Below, in pieces: positions 1 through 12,828 of a stretch of DNA of 32,000 nt. The DNA lies in contig NZ_LN831039.1 of NCBI RefSeq assembly GCF_001457595.1, forward strand, positions 1 to 32,000, read 5' to 3'. Source of the DNA: Mycolicibacterium smegmatis. GTDB lineage: Bacteria > Actinomycetota > Actinomycetes > Mycobacteriales > Mycobacteriaceae. The notes beneath the pieces were generated by a model. It worked only from the letters and a program-made list of their open reading frames with translations, made no database searches and had not been told where the DNA came from. Both the position numbers and the translations under genes were made by a program. Each line of letters begins with the position of its first letter. The first letter of the stretch is position 1.

Positions 1-1515
1 TTGACTGCTGACCCCGACCCACCGTTCGTCGCCGTCTGGAACAGCGTCGTCGCCGAGCTCAACGGGGACGTCAACGGAGATCGCCAGGGCGATCCGTCGC
101 TTCCGGTGCTCACTCCGCAGCAAAGGGCCTGGCTCAAGCTGGTCAAACCCCTGGTGATCGCCGAGGGGTTTGCCCTGCTGTCGGTTCCGACGCCGTTCGT
201 GCAGAACGAGATCGAGCGCCACCTGCGGGAACCCATCGTCACCGCGCTCAGCCGCAAGCTCGGCCAGCGCGTGGAACTGGGCGTTCGCATCGCGACGCCC
301 ACCGACGAGCCCGAGGACGCACCCGACAGCTTCGCCGATTCGCCGGCCCCGGCTTCGGTTCCGGCGGGACCGGCCGACGCCGACGAGATCGACGACGACC
401 GCGACGCCCGGGTCAACGCCCAGGAGAGCTGGCCGAAGTACTTCAGCCGTCCCGAGCCGGACACCTCGTCGGACGATTCGAACGCGGTGAACCTCAACCG
501 CCGCTACACGTTCGACACGTTCGTGATCGGGGCGTCCAACCGGTTCGCGCACGCCGCGACGCTCGCGATCGCCGAGGCGCCGGCGCGGGCCTACAACCCG
601 TTGTTCATCTGGGGCGAGTCGGGTCTGGGCAAGACGCACCTGCTGCACGCGGCCGGGAACTATGCGCAACGTCTCTTCCCGGGTATGCGTGTCAAGTACG
701 TCTCAACCGAAGAGTTCACCAACGACTTCATCAACTCGCTGCGTGACGACCGCAAGGCGTCGTTCAAGCGCAGCTACCGCGACATCGACATCCTGCTGGT
801 CGACGACATCCAGTTCATCGAGGGCAAGGAAGGCATCCAGGAGGAGTTCTTCCACACCTTCAACACGCTGCACAACTCGAACAAGCAGATCGTGATCTCG
901 TCGGACCGGCCGCCGAAGCAGCTCGCGACGCTCGAGGACCGGTTGCGCACGCGGTTCGAATGGGGCCTCATCACCGATGTCCAGCCGCCCGAGTTGGAGA
1001 CGCGCATCGCGATCCTGCGCAAGAAGGCGCAGATGGATCGCCTCGACGTGCCCGATGATGTGCTCGAGCTCATCGCCAGCAGCATCGAGCGCAACATCCG
1101 CGAGCTCGAAGGTGCGCTGATCCGTGTCACGGCGTTCGCGTCGCTCAACAAGACCCGCATCGACCGGTCGCTGGCCGAGGTCGTGCTGCGGGATCTGATC
1201 GCCGACGCCACCACGATGCAGATCAGCACCGCGGCCATCATGGCGGTGACCGCCGAGTACTTCGAGACCACGGTCGAGGAGTTGCGCGGCCCGGGCAAGA
1301 CCAGGGCGCTGGCCCAGTCTCGCCAGATCGCGATGTACCTGTGCCGTGAGCTCACCGACCTGTCGCTGCCCAAGATCGGTCAGGCGTTCGGCCGTGACCA
1401 CACCACGGTGATGTACGCCGAGAAGAAGATCCGCGGCGAGATGGCCGAGCGCCGTGAGGTGTTCGACCACGTCAAGGAACTCACCACGCGCATCCGCCAG
1501 CGCGCCAAGCGCTGA
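1..1515 (+). CDS. dnaA: Chromosomal replication initiator DnaA (complete, TTG start at window base 1)
   Basis: The 504-aa ORF starts [22 protein letters not shown], like the mycobacterial DnaA N-terminus. AAA+ Walker A is [11 protein letters not shown] and Walker B is LLVDDIQF. The C-terminal DnaA-box binding helix is [10 protein letters not shown]. It is followed by oriC and dnaN. Confidence 0.97.
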   Translation: MTADPDPPFVAVWNSVVAELNGDVNGDRQGDPSLPVLTPQQRAWLKLVKPLVIAEGFALLSVPTPFVQNEIERHLREPIVTALSRKLGQRVELGVRIATPTDEPEDAPDSFADSPAPASVPAGPADADEIDDDRDARVNAQESWPKYFSRPEPDTSSDDSNAVNLNRRYTFDTFVIGASNRFAHAATLAIAEAPARAYNPLFIWGESGLGKTHLLHAAGNYAQRLFPGMRVKYVSTEEFTNDFINSLRDDRKASFKRSYRDIDILLVDDIQFIEGKEGIQEEFFHTFNTLHNSNKQIVISSDRPPKQLATLEDRLRTRFEWGLITDVQPPELETRIAILRKKAQMDRLDVPDDVLELIASSIERNIRELEGALIRVTAFASLNKTRIDRSLAEVVLRDLIADATTMQISTAAIMAVTAEYFETTVEELRGPGKTRALAQSRQIAMYLCRELTDLSLPKIGQAFGRDHTTVMYAEKKIRGEMAERREVFDHVKELTTRIRQRAKR

Positions 1516-1534
1516 GCTCGGAAACTCAGCCCAC

Positions 1535-1567
1535 ACGGATGCCCCGGGACTCCCCCGGGGCATCCGT
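1535..1567 (+). terminator. Perfect 14-bp stem / 5-nt loop hairpin 20 nt after the dnaA stop (I-shaped terminator candidate, no U tract)
   Basis: ACGGATGCCCCGGG (1535-1548), loop ACTCC, then CCCGGGGCATCCGT (1554-1567), an exact reverse complement. Downstream sequence is CGTCTACGG, not T-rich. Confidence 0.55.
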
Positions 1568-1619
1568 CGTCTACGGACCCGTTCCGACCCGGTTTCGATG
1601 ACGCCTGACCGAAATTTTT

Positions 1620-1842
1620 TGTGAGCAACTTCTGTCACACGCGTGCCTGCCGTCACGCTCGGCGGCTGTGGATACCGATGTGCAGAACCTGCGCGCAAAC
1701 CACAGGATGACTACGGAATCTCTCCACACCTGCGCGACGATCCACAGTGCCGGCGGAGTTCATCAACCGCTCTCCACACACCACTCACACCGCGACACAC
1801 CGAGGATGCTGGGCAAACAGGCGTTCATCCCCAGATTCCACA
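1620..1842. promoter_or_regulatory. Cluster of six DnaA-box-like 9-mers (xxxTCCACA type)
   Basis: Boxes: TGTGAGCAA 1620-1628 (rc TTGCTCACA), TGTGGATAC 1667-1675 (rc GTATCCACA), CTCTCCACA 1720-1728, CGATCCACA 1738-1746, CTCTCCACA 1770-1778, GATTCCACA 1834-1842. They were compared by eye with mycobacterial TT(G/C)TCCACA and E. coli TTATCCACA. Confidence 0.65.
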
Positions 1843-1895
1843 GCACCTATTACTGTTACTCGAATATCTTTCAAGGATTCTCTTCAGAAGAAGCG
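1843..1895. other. AT-rich stretch, candidate DNA-unwinding element
   Basis: The sequence is gcacctattactgttactcgaatatctttcaaggattctcttcagaagaag. It is about 60% A+T in a genome that is about one-third A+T, and it lies immediately 3' of the last DnaA box. Confidence 0.5.
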
Positions 1896-2109
1896 CCCTG
1901 GGGAGATCGGGATCGTTCGCCTCGAGAGACGTCCCCGGTCATCCGCATGTCGGCCCGATCGATTAGCTTTCAAGTTGGTGCGGAAAGCTCTACGGTGTTT
2001 CATCGACGGCGGTTCTGTGAGCGTGTCATTCGGTGTGCCACCGATGGTGCTTTCGAGGAACCTGCTGCTTAGAGCTCATTGCGGGGATTATCGAAGGGGC
2101 GCATAGGAC

Positions 2110-3303
2110 GTGGCGACGACGACGGCTGGGCTGACCGACTTGAAGTTTCGCGTCGTCCGCGAGGACTTCGCGGATGCGGTGGCCTGGGTAGCCCGCAGCT
2201 TGCCGACCCGGCCCACCATCCCGGTGTTGGCAGGCGTCCTGCTGACCGGCACCGATGAGGGCCTGACGATCTCGGGGTTCGACTACGAGGTCTCGGCCGA
2301 GGTCAAGGTGAGCGCTGAAATCGCTTCCGCCGGAAGCGTTCTGGTGTCCGGACGGCTACTGTCCGACATCACCAAGGCGCTGCCCGCCAAGCCCGTCGAG
2401 GTCAGCGTCGAGGGCACCCGCGTGTCCCTGACCTGCGGCAGCGCGCGCTTCTCGCTGCCGACGCTCGCGGTCGAGGACTACCCGGCGCTGCCTGCGCTGC
2501 CCGAGGAGACCGGTGTGATCGCGTCGGATCTGTTCGCCGAGGCCATCGGCCAGGTGGCGGTGGCGGCAGGCCGCGACGACACGCTGCCGATGCTGACCGG
2601 TATCCGCGTGGAGATCTCCGGCGAGTCCGTGGTGCTCGCCGCGACCGACCGGTTCCGTCTCGCGGTGCGTGAGCTCACATGGGTCACCACGGCAGGTGAC
2701 GTCGAGGCCGCGGTGCTGGTGCCGGCGAAGACGCTGGCCGAGGCCGCCAAGGCCGGCACGGACGGAAACCAGGTGCATCTGGCGCTGGGGTCCGGTGCGT
2801 CGGTCGGCAAGGACGGTCTGCTGGGTATCCGCAGCGAGGGCAAGCGCAGCACGACGCGCCTGCTCGACGCCGAGTTCCCGAAGTTCCGCCAGCTGCTGCC
2901 CGCCGAGCACACCGCGGTCGCCACGATCGGTGTCGCCGAACTCACCGAGGCGATCAAGCGTGTGGCCCTCGTGGCCGATCGTGGCGCCCAGATCCGCATG
3001 GAGTTCAGCGACGACACGCTCAAGCTGTCCGCGGGCGCCGACGACGTGGGCCGCGCCGAGGAAGACCTCCCGGTGGATTTCGCCGGCGAGCCGCTCACCA
3101 TCGCGTTCAACCCGACGTATCTCACCGACGGCCTGGGGTCGCTGCACTCCGAGCGTGTGACCTTCGGGTTCACCACGCCGAGCCGTCCTGCGGTGTTGCG
3201 GCCGGCAGGCGAGGATGATGGAGCCAACGGTGGTTCGGGTCCGTTCCCGGCCGCCAAGACGGATTACGTGTATCTGCTGATGCCGGTGCGGCTTCCGGGC
3301 TGA
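2110..3303 (+). CDS. dnaN: DNA polymerase III beta sliding clamp
   Basis: This is a 397-aa ORF with a GTG start preceded by GAAGGGG. The text [22 protein letters not shown]...[11 protein letters not shown]...[11 protein letters not shown] is typical of a beta clamp, and the gene sits after oriC. Confidence 0.97.
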
Positions 3304-3331
3304 CCGGCCACGCCGGAGGGGAAGGGCGCGT

Positions 3332-4225
3332 ATGCAACTCGGGTTGATCGGCCTGGGCAAGATGGGCTTCAACATGCGCGAACGTCTGCGCGAAGCCGGC
3401 CACGAGGTGATCGGATACGACCCGCGGCCCGAGGTCAGCGATGTCGCGAACCTCGAGGAACTCGCCGGTGCACTGTCGGCGCCGCGGGTCGTGTGGGTGA
3501 TGGTGCCGTCGGGCACGATCACCCACAGCACCATCGTGGAACTCGCGGGCGTGCTCAGTCCCGGTGATCTGGTGATCGACGGCGGCAACTCGCGCTACAC
3601 CGAGGACGGTCCGCACGCAGAACTGTTGGGCGAGAAGGGCATCAGCTTCATCGATGCCGGTGTGTCCGGTGGCATCTGGGGCCTGACCGAGGGTTACGGC
3701 CTGATGGTCGGCGGCAGTGACGACGACGTGGCTCGAGCCATGCCGATCTTCGACGCGCTGCGTCCGCCGGGTGATGTCGCCGACGGTTTCGTCCATGCCG
3801 GCCCGGTGGGTGCGGGCCACTACGCCAAGATGGTCCACAACGGCATCGAGTACGGCCTGATGCACGCCTACGCCGAGGGCTACGAACTGCTGGCGGCCGA
3901 GGAACTCATCAAGGACCCGCAGGCGGTGATCCAGGCGTGGAGCAACGGCACCGTGGTGCGGTCGTGGTTGCAGTCGCTATTGGCCAAGGCACTCAAGGAG
4001 GATCCGGGTTTCGCCGAGATCAGCGGTTACACCGAGGATTCCGGTGAGGGACGCTGGACCGTCGAGGAGGCCATCGCCCACCGGGTCCCGATGCCGGTGA
4101 TCGCGGCGTCGCTGTTCGCCCGGTTCGCCTCGAGGCAGGAAGACTCGCCGACCATGAAGGCCGTCTCGGCGTTGCGCAACCAGTTCGGTGGTCATGCCGT
4201 CAAGCGGATCAGCGAGTCGGGTTAG
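3332..4225 (+). CDS. gnd: Short-form 6-phosphogluconate dehydrogenase (decarboxylating), Gnd/YqeC-like
   Basis: This is a 297-aa ORF. The N-terminal Rossmann motif is GLIGLGKMGFNM, and GHYAKMVHNGIEYGLM and SGEGRWT motifs of the 6PGDH family are present. A GGAGG sits 14 nt upstream of the ATG. Confidence 0.9.
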   Translation: MQLGLIGLGKMGFNMRERLREAGHEVIGYDPRPEVSDVANLEELAGALSAPRVVWVMVPSGTITHSTIVELAGVLSPGDLVIDGGNSRYTEDGPHAELLGEKGISFIDAGVSGGIWGLTEGYGLMVGGSDDDVARAMPIFDALRPPGDVADGFVHAGPVGAGHYAKMVHNGIEYGLMHAYAEGYELLAAEELIKDPQAVIQAWSNGTVVRSWLQSLLAKALKEDPGFAEISGYTEDSGEGRWTVEEAIAHRVPMPVIAASLFARFASRQEDSPTMKAVSALRNQFGGHAVKRISESG

Positions 4226-4234
4226 GCAGATGGC

Positions 4235-5389
4235 ATGTTTGTCCGGCATCTCGGACTGACCGATTTCCGGTCGTGGGCACGGGTCGATCTCGATCTGGAG
4301 CCGGGGCGCACCGTCTTCGTCGGCCCCAACGGTTTCGGAAAGACGAATCTTGTTGAGGCGCTGTGGTATTCGGCGACGCTCGGATCTCATCGGGTGGCCA
4401 CCGACGCGCCGTTGATCCGTGCGGGTGCCGAACGCGCGATCGTGTCGACCATCGTCGTCAACGAGGGCCGCGAACTCGCGGTGGATCTCGAGATCACCAG
4501 CGGCCGGGCGAACAAGGCCCGGATGAATCGCTCCCCGGTGCGCAGTGCCCGCGAGATCCTCGGCGTGCTGCGCGCGGTGCTGTTCAGCCCCGAGGATCTC
4601 TCGCTGGTGCGCGGGGATCCGGGTGACCGCAGGCGTTACCTCGACGAACTCGCGACCACGCGCCGTCCGGCCCTCGCGGGTGTGCGCGCGGATTACGACA
4701 AGGTGGTGCGCCAACGCACGGCGTTGCTGAAAACCGCTGCGGGAGCACGTTATCGGGGCGACCGCAGCGTGATCGACACGCTCGAGGTGTGGGACGGGCA
4801 CCTTGCCGCGCACGGCGCGGCGCTGGTGGCGTCGCGCGTGAAACTCGTCGAGGAACTGCAGCCAGAGGTGGAGAAGGCCTACCAACTGCTCGCACCGGCC
4901 TCGCGTCCCGCGGCCATCCGGTACCGCAGCAGTGTCGAGGCCATCGAGAACGCGCCGGGCCCCGAGAGCGTGGAGTTCTACGAGGCCGCGCTGCTCGACG
5001 CACTGGCGCGCCGCCGTGATGCCGAGCTCGAGCGTGGTGTGTGCCTCGTTGGGCCCCACCGCGACGACCTGGAACTGCGTCTCGGTGACCAGCCCGCGAA
5101 AGGCTTTGCCAGCCATGGGGAATCGTGGTCGATGGCGCTGGCACTGCGACTCGGCGCCTATGAACTGCTGTGCTCCGACGGCGTCGAGCCGGTGCTGCTC
5201 CTCGACGACGTGTTCGCCGAACTCGACACCTCGAGGCGGCGTGCGCTGGCCACCGTGGCCGGCTCGGCCGAGCAGGTTCTGGTGACTGCCGCTGTGGGCG
5301 AAGACATTCCGGAGGACTGGGACGCGCGTCGCGTCCAGATCCGGATGGTCGAGGACGACGGCGGACGCGTGTCGATGGTGGCCTCGTGA
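4235..5389 (+). CDS. recF: DNA replication and repair protein RecF
   Basis: This is a 384-aa ORF beginning [14 protein letters not shown]. Walker A is [13 protein letters not shown], the signature-like motif is [14 protein letters not shown] and Walker B is [11 protein letters not shown]. Confidence 0.96.
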   Translation: MFVRHLGLTDFRSWARVDLDLEPGRTVFVGPNGFGKTNLVEALWYSATLGSHRVATDAPLIRAGAERAIVSTIVVNEGRELAVDLEITSGRANKARMNRSPVRSAREILGVLRAVLFSPEDLSLVRGDPGDRRRYLDELATTRRPALAGVRADYDKVVRQRTALLKTAAGARYRGDRSVIDTLEVWDGHLAAHGAALVASRVKLVEELQPEVEKAYQLLAPASRPAAIRYRSSVEAIENAPGPESVEFYEAALLDALARRRDAELERGVCLVGPHRDDLELRLGDQPAKGFASHGESWSMALALRLGAYELLCSDGVEPVLLLDDVFAELDTSRRRALATVAGSAEQVLVTAAVGEDIPEDWDARRVQIRMVEDDGGRVSMVAS

Positions 5390-5970
5390 CCGGGCCCTTC
5401 GACGGCGACGGTCCCGAGCAGGACGCGCCGGTCCCCGCTCCCCCGGATCATCTGGCGGATCTGCGCGGTATCGATCTGGTGCGTCGCACGCTCGAGGAGG
5501 CCCGCGGTGCGGCACGCAGCCAGGGCAAGGATGTCGGCCGCGGCCGCAGCGGCCCGGTCCGCCGAGTTGCCGGGAACCGCAGGCGCAGAACCTGGTCGGG
5601 GCCGGGACCCGACGCGCGGGACCCGCAATTGTTCGGTGCGGTCACCCAGGACCTCGCGAAATCACGCGGGTGGAGCGCGCGCGTCGCGGAGGGCTCGGTG
5701 TTCGGCCGGTGGCGCGCCGTGGTCGGTGACCAGATCGCCGATCATGCGACCCCGACGGCGCTCAACGAAGGCGTGTTGACCGTGACTGCCGAGTCGACGG
5801 CGTGGGCCACGCAGCTGCGGATGGTGCAGTCACAGCTGCTGGCCAAGATCGCCGCGGTGGTCGGCGACGGTGTGGTGACGACGTTGAAGATCGTCGGGCC
5901 CACGGGTCCGTCGTGGCGGAAGGGCCGCTACCACGTCTCCGGACGCGGGCCCCGCGACACGTACGGGTGA
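5386..5970 (+). CDS. DUF721 (Rv0004-like, DciA-type) protein
   Basis: The GTG at 5386 overlaps the recF stop (GTGA). The protein ends ...[26 protein letters not shown]...GRGPRDTYG, as in the mycobacterial Rv0004 family. The upstream part of track ORF 5170..5970 overlaps recF and is Arg-rich. Confidence 0.85.
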   Translation: MTGPFDGDGPEQDAPVPAPPDHLADLRGIDLVRRTLEEARGAARSQGKDVGRGRSGPVRRVAGNRRRRTWSGPGPDARDPQLFGAVTQDLAKSRGWSARVAEGSVFGRWRAVVGDQIADHATPTALNEGVLTVTAESTAWATQLRMVQSQLLAKIAAVVGDGVVTTLKIVGPTGPSWRKGRYHVSGRGPRDTYG

Positions 5971-6084
5971 GGCGCGTCACACCTCCTGCCAGGTCGCGCT
6001 CAGAGCCGCCACAGGCCTTGCAAGGGTGCGCTGAAGCGTCCTCACGCTCGGATGGCCGAGAAATTACGCACACGGCGCAACTAG

Positions 6085-8229
<2,145 letters not shown>

Positions 8230-8258
8230 CCCGCGATCCGACAATCGAGGATTGATTC

Positions 8259-10787
<2,529 letters not shown>

Positions 10788-10839
10788 TGGAAACGCTGAG
10801 GTCCCCGAAAGGTCCTCGGCCCGAGCTAAGGAGCTGTAG

Positions 10840-11622
10840 GTGAGTTCACCCAACGAGCCGGGATACCCGCGCGCGGGGGACCGGCCGGGCGCCACCAACG
10901 GCACGGGTCCGGGCGGCGACAGCGGAGCCCTCAGCAGCAACTCGACGCGGGCCACGGGGCACATCACCGATTCCGGTGACGTGCCCCCGTGGCAGCGCGG
11001 GGTCTCCCGCACCGCTCAGCAACCTGGTCAGCCGCTCGGCGACACCGAGCAGCAGCCCCGTCCCGCGCCGAGGCCCGAGCCCCGCGAGACCCGCCAGGAG
11101 CCGCGGTCTGAACATCGCACCGAGGCCTACGCGAGCGAGTTGCCGGACCTCTCGGGCCCGGTCCCCCGCTCACCGCAGCGCAAGACCGGGACCGACGCGC
11201 CCCGGGCATCGGCGCCCACCACCCGCATCCAGGTGGCCAACCGGCCGCAGCCGTCGGGACCGGTGCGCGCCAGCATGCAGATCCGCCGGGTGGATCCGTG
11301 GACCGTGCTGAAGGTCTCACTGGTGCTCTCGGTCGTGCTGTTCTTCGTATGGATGATCGCCGTGGCGTTCCTCTACCTGGTGCTCGGCGGCATGGGCGTG
11401 TGGAGCAAGCTCAACAGCAATGTCGGCGACCTGCTGACGAGCGCGAGCGGCAGTTCGGGCGGTGAGCTGGTCTCCAGCGGCACGATCTTCGGCGGCGCGG
11501 CCCTCATCGGCCTGGTCAACATCGTCGTTCTCAGCGCGATGGCGACCGTCGGCGCGTTCATCTACAACCTCACGACAGATCTCGTCGGGGGTATCGAAGT
11601 GACGTTGGCGGATCGGGATTGA
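10840..11622 (+). CDS. DUF3566-type membrane protein (Rv0007 homologue) with a Pro/Arg/Gln-rich disordered N-terminal half
   Basis: A GTG start follows AAGGAG. The C-terminal part, [35 protein letters not shown]...[25 protein letters not shown], has two hydrophobic helices. The position after gyrA is conserved. Confidence 0.85.
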   Translation: MSSPNEPGYPRAGDRPGATNGTGPGGDSGALSSNSTRATGHITDSGDVPPWQRGVSRTAQQPGQPLGDTEQQPRPAPRPEPRETRQEPRSEHRTEAYASELPDLSGPVPRSPQRKTGTDAPRASAPTTRIQVANRPQPSGPVRASMQIRRVDPWTVLKVSLVLSVVLFFVWMIAVAFLYLVLGGMGVWSKLNSNVGDLLTSASGSSGGELVSSGTIFGGAALIGLVNIVVLSAMATVGAFIYNLTTDLVGGIEVTLADRD

Positions 11623-11682
11623 ACCGTTTTGGAGAACCGCCCCTCAGTGGGGTAATCTCGCTGCTCGGTTGATCCACTATTC

Positions 11683-11756
11683 GGGCCTATAGCTCAGGCG
11701 GTTAGAGCGCTTCGCTGATAACGAAGAGGTCGGAGGTTCGAGTCCTCCTAGGCCCA
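11683..11756 (+). tRNA. ileT: tRNA-Ile (anticodon GAT)
   Basis: The cloverleaf was folded by hand: acceptor GGGCCTA/TAGGCCC, anticodon loop CTGATAA, T-arm GGAGG TTCGAGT CCTCC, discriminator A. CCA is not encoded. Confidence 0.95.
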
Positions 11757-11794
11757 CGACGCCGGTCTGCCGGTGATCACCGAAAGGGTGTGCC

Positions 11795-11887
11795 ATGCGG
11801 TTTGTGGTGTTGGCTGTTGTGGCGGCTGTGGCGGTGAGCGTCTGGCGATCACGACACGGCCAAGAGGTTTGGCATCAGGCCGGTTGA
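11795..11887 (+). CDS. 30-codon ORF encoding a single-pass hydrophobic peptide between the two tRNA genes (possible DLW-39-like small protein)
   Basis: The ATG at 11795 is preceded by GAAAGGG (11782-11788). The peptide is MRFVVLAVVAAVAVSVWRSRHGQEVWHQAG with a stop TGA at 11885-11887. It is below the length cut-off of the ORF track. Hydrophobic helix, basic stretch and an acidic-x-Trp tail make up its architecture. Confidence 0.45.
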   Translation: MRFVVLAVVAAVAVSVWRSRHGQEVWHQAG

Positions 11888-11906
11888 ACCGACCTGACAC
11901 CGGCTA

Positions 11907-11979
11907 GGGGCCTTAGCTCAGTTGGTAGAGCGCTGCCTTTGCAAGGCAGATGTCAGGAGTTCGAATCTCCTAGGCTCCA
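11907..11979 (+). tRNA. alaT: tRNA-Ala (anticodon TGC)
   Basis: Acceptor GGGGCCT/AGGCTCC includes the G3:U70 wobble pair that is the alanine identity element. The anticodon loop is TTTGCAA and the T-arm is AGGAG TTCGAAT CTCCT. Confidence 0.95.
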
Positions 11980-12000
11980 CAATCAAGAGAATCTCCAAGA

Positions 12001-12019
12001 GTTGGTTAGGTTACCCTCA
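12001..12019. promoter_or_regulatory. Candidate IdeR/DtxR iron box upstream of the SIP-importer operon
   Basis: GTTGGTTAGGTTACCCTCA matches the IdeR consensus TTAGGTTAGGCTAACCTAA at 14 of 19 positions (hand alignment). It contains a TANNNT hexamer (TAGGTT, 12007-12012) and ends 5 nt before the GTG of the first iron gene. Confidence 0.55.
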
Positions 12020-12024
12020 GCTGT

Positions 12025-12825
12025 GTGAGCTTCTCGTATGCGTCCGTCATCGAGACCAAGGCGCTCAACCCCCGGATGGTCCGGATCACCCTTCAGGTCG
12101 AGGACCCCGCTTCCCTCGACGTGCAGCAGGCCGCCGACTCGGCAGTCGCGGTCTTCATGCCCGGCACCGACGAGGGCCGCAACTACTCCGTACGCCGCCA
12201 GCGCGGCGATCTGCTCGACCTCGACGTGGTGCTGCACGCCCGCGGTGTGGGGACCGACTGGGCGGCGCGAACCCGGCCCGGTGACCGCGTCGGCCTCGAC
12301 CACGCACGCTCGTGGTACCGCCCGGACCCGGCCGCGCAGTGGCAGCTGTTGATCACCGACCTGTCCGGGCTGCCGGCCACCGCGCGCATCCTCGAAGAGT
12401 TGTCTCCGGAAGTCCCCGTGACGGTGATCGCCGAGGTCGCCGAAGCGCAGGATCTCGACTACCTGCCGGCGCATCCGCAGGCGCGGTTGGTCACGTCGAT
12501 CGGGACGGGTAACGGCAACGCGCCGAGCGAACTGGCCACGCTGGTGCGTGAGCTGGCCCTGCCGCGGGATCGCGGCTACTGCTGGTTCGCGGGTGAAGCC
12601 GCAGAGTCGCGCGCGGTCAGGAAGTATCTCAGGGGGCTGGGGTACCAGAACGAACAACTCGACATCACGGGTTACTGGAGGTTCGACTCCGAGACCTGGG
12701 ATGCCGCATTCGCTCTGGTGGAATCGGATGTGTTGGCGGTGTACGAGCGTGCACTCGCCGAAGGCAAGGGGGACAAAGTGGCTTTCGAGGAGTTCGACGA
12801 GGCCTGCGAGCGAATCGGTCTGTGA
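12025..12825 (+). CDS. Siderophore-interacting protein (SIP/ViuB-type FAD-binding ferric-siderophore reductase)
   Basis: This is a 266-aa ORF. The N-terminal beta-barrel text is VIETKALNPRMVRITLQV, the FAD motif RNYSVR is present, and the C-terminal NAD(P)-binding part is CWFAGEAAESRAVRKYLR. Confidence 0.88.
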   Translation: MSFSYASVIETKALNPRMVRITLQVEDPASLDVQQAADSAVAVFMPGTDEGRNYSVRRQRGDLLDLDVVLHARGVGTDWAARTRPGDRVGLDHARSWYRPDPAAQWQLLITDLSGLPATARILEELSPEVPVTVIAEVAEAQDLDYLPAHPQARLVTSIGTGNGNAPSELATLVRELALPRDRGYCWFAGEAAESRAVRKYLRGLGYQNEQLDITGYWRFDSETWDAAFALVESDVLAVYERALAEGKGDKVAFEEFDEACERIGL

Positions 12826-12828
12826 TAG

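Larger units (their letters stand above)
1516..2109. other. oriC: oriC, the dnaA-dnaN intergenic replication origin
   Basis: This is a 594-bp non-coding gap between dnaA and dnaN, the conserved position in actinobacteria. It holds a DnaA-box cluster and a locally AT-rich stretch. The small ORFs here have no protein-like composition. Confidence 0.85.

Noticed and set aside
1643-2106. Three overlapping + strand ORFs (107-134 aa) inside the dnaA-dnaN gap.
   Set aside because: They lie in oriC, overlap each other in different frames, and have no SD or conserved protein features. DnaA boxes and the AT-rich element explain the region.
3977-5515. A 512-aa minus-strand ORF across gnd-recF, and similar ORFs at 2356..3588, 703..1698, 9159..10046, 11983..13656 and 12990..14441.
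   Set aside because: All are antisense to well-supported genes and are rich in R, G, D, H and P, without motifs. They are GC-driven open frames.
6016-6025. A 10-bp perfect palindrome, CCTTGCAAGG, downstream of the DUF721 gene.
   Set aside because: It is too short to distinguish from chance in 32 kb. It has no flanking stem extension, no T tract, and no known operator match that I can name.
11623-11682. A weak hairpin (CCCC-TCAGT-GGGG) and a TAATCT hexamer (11653-11658) upstream of tRNA-Ile, as a possible terminator and tRNA promoter.
   Set aside because: A 4-bp stem is not convincing as a terminator. The hexamer fits TANNNT, but a single hexamer without TSS data is not enough to call a promoter.
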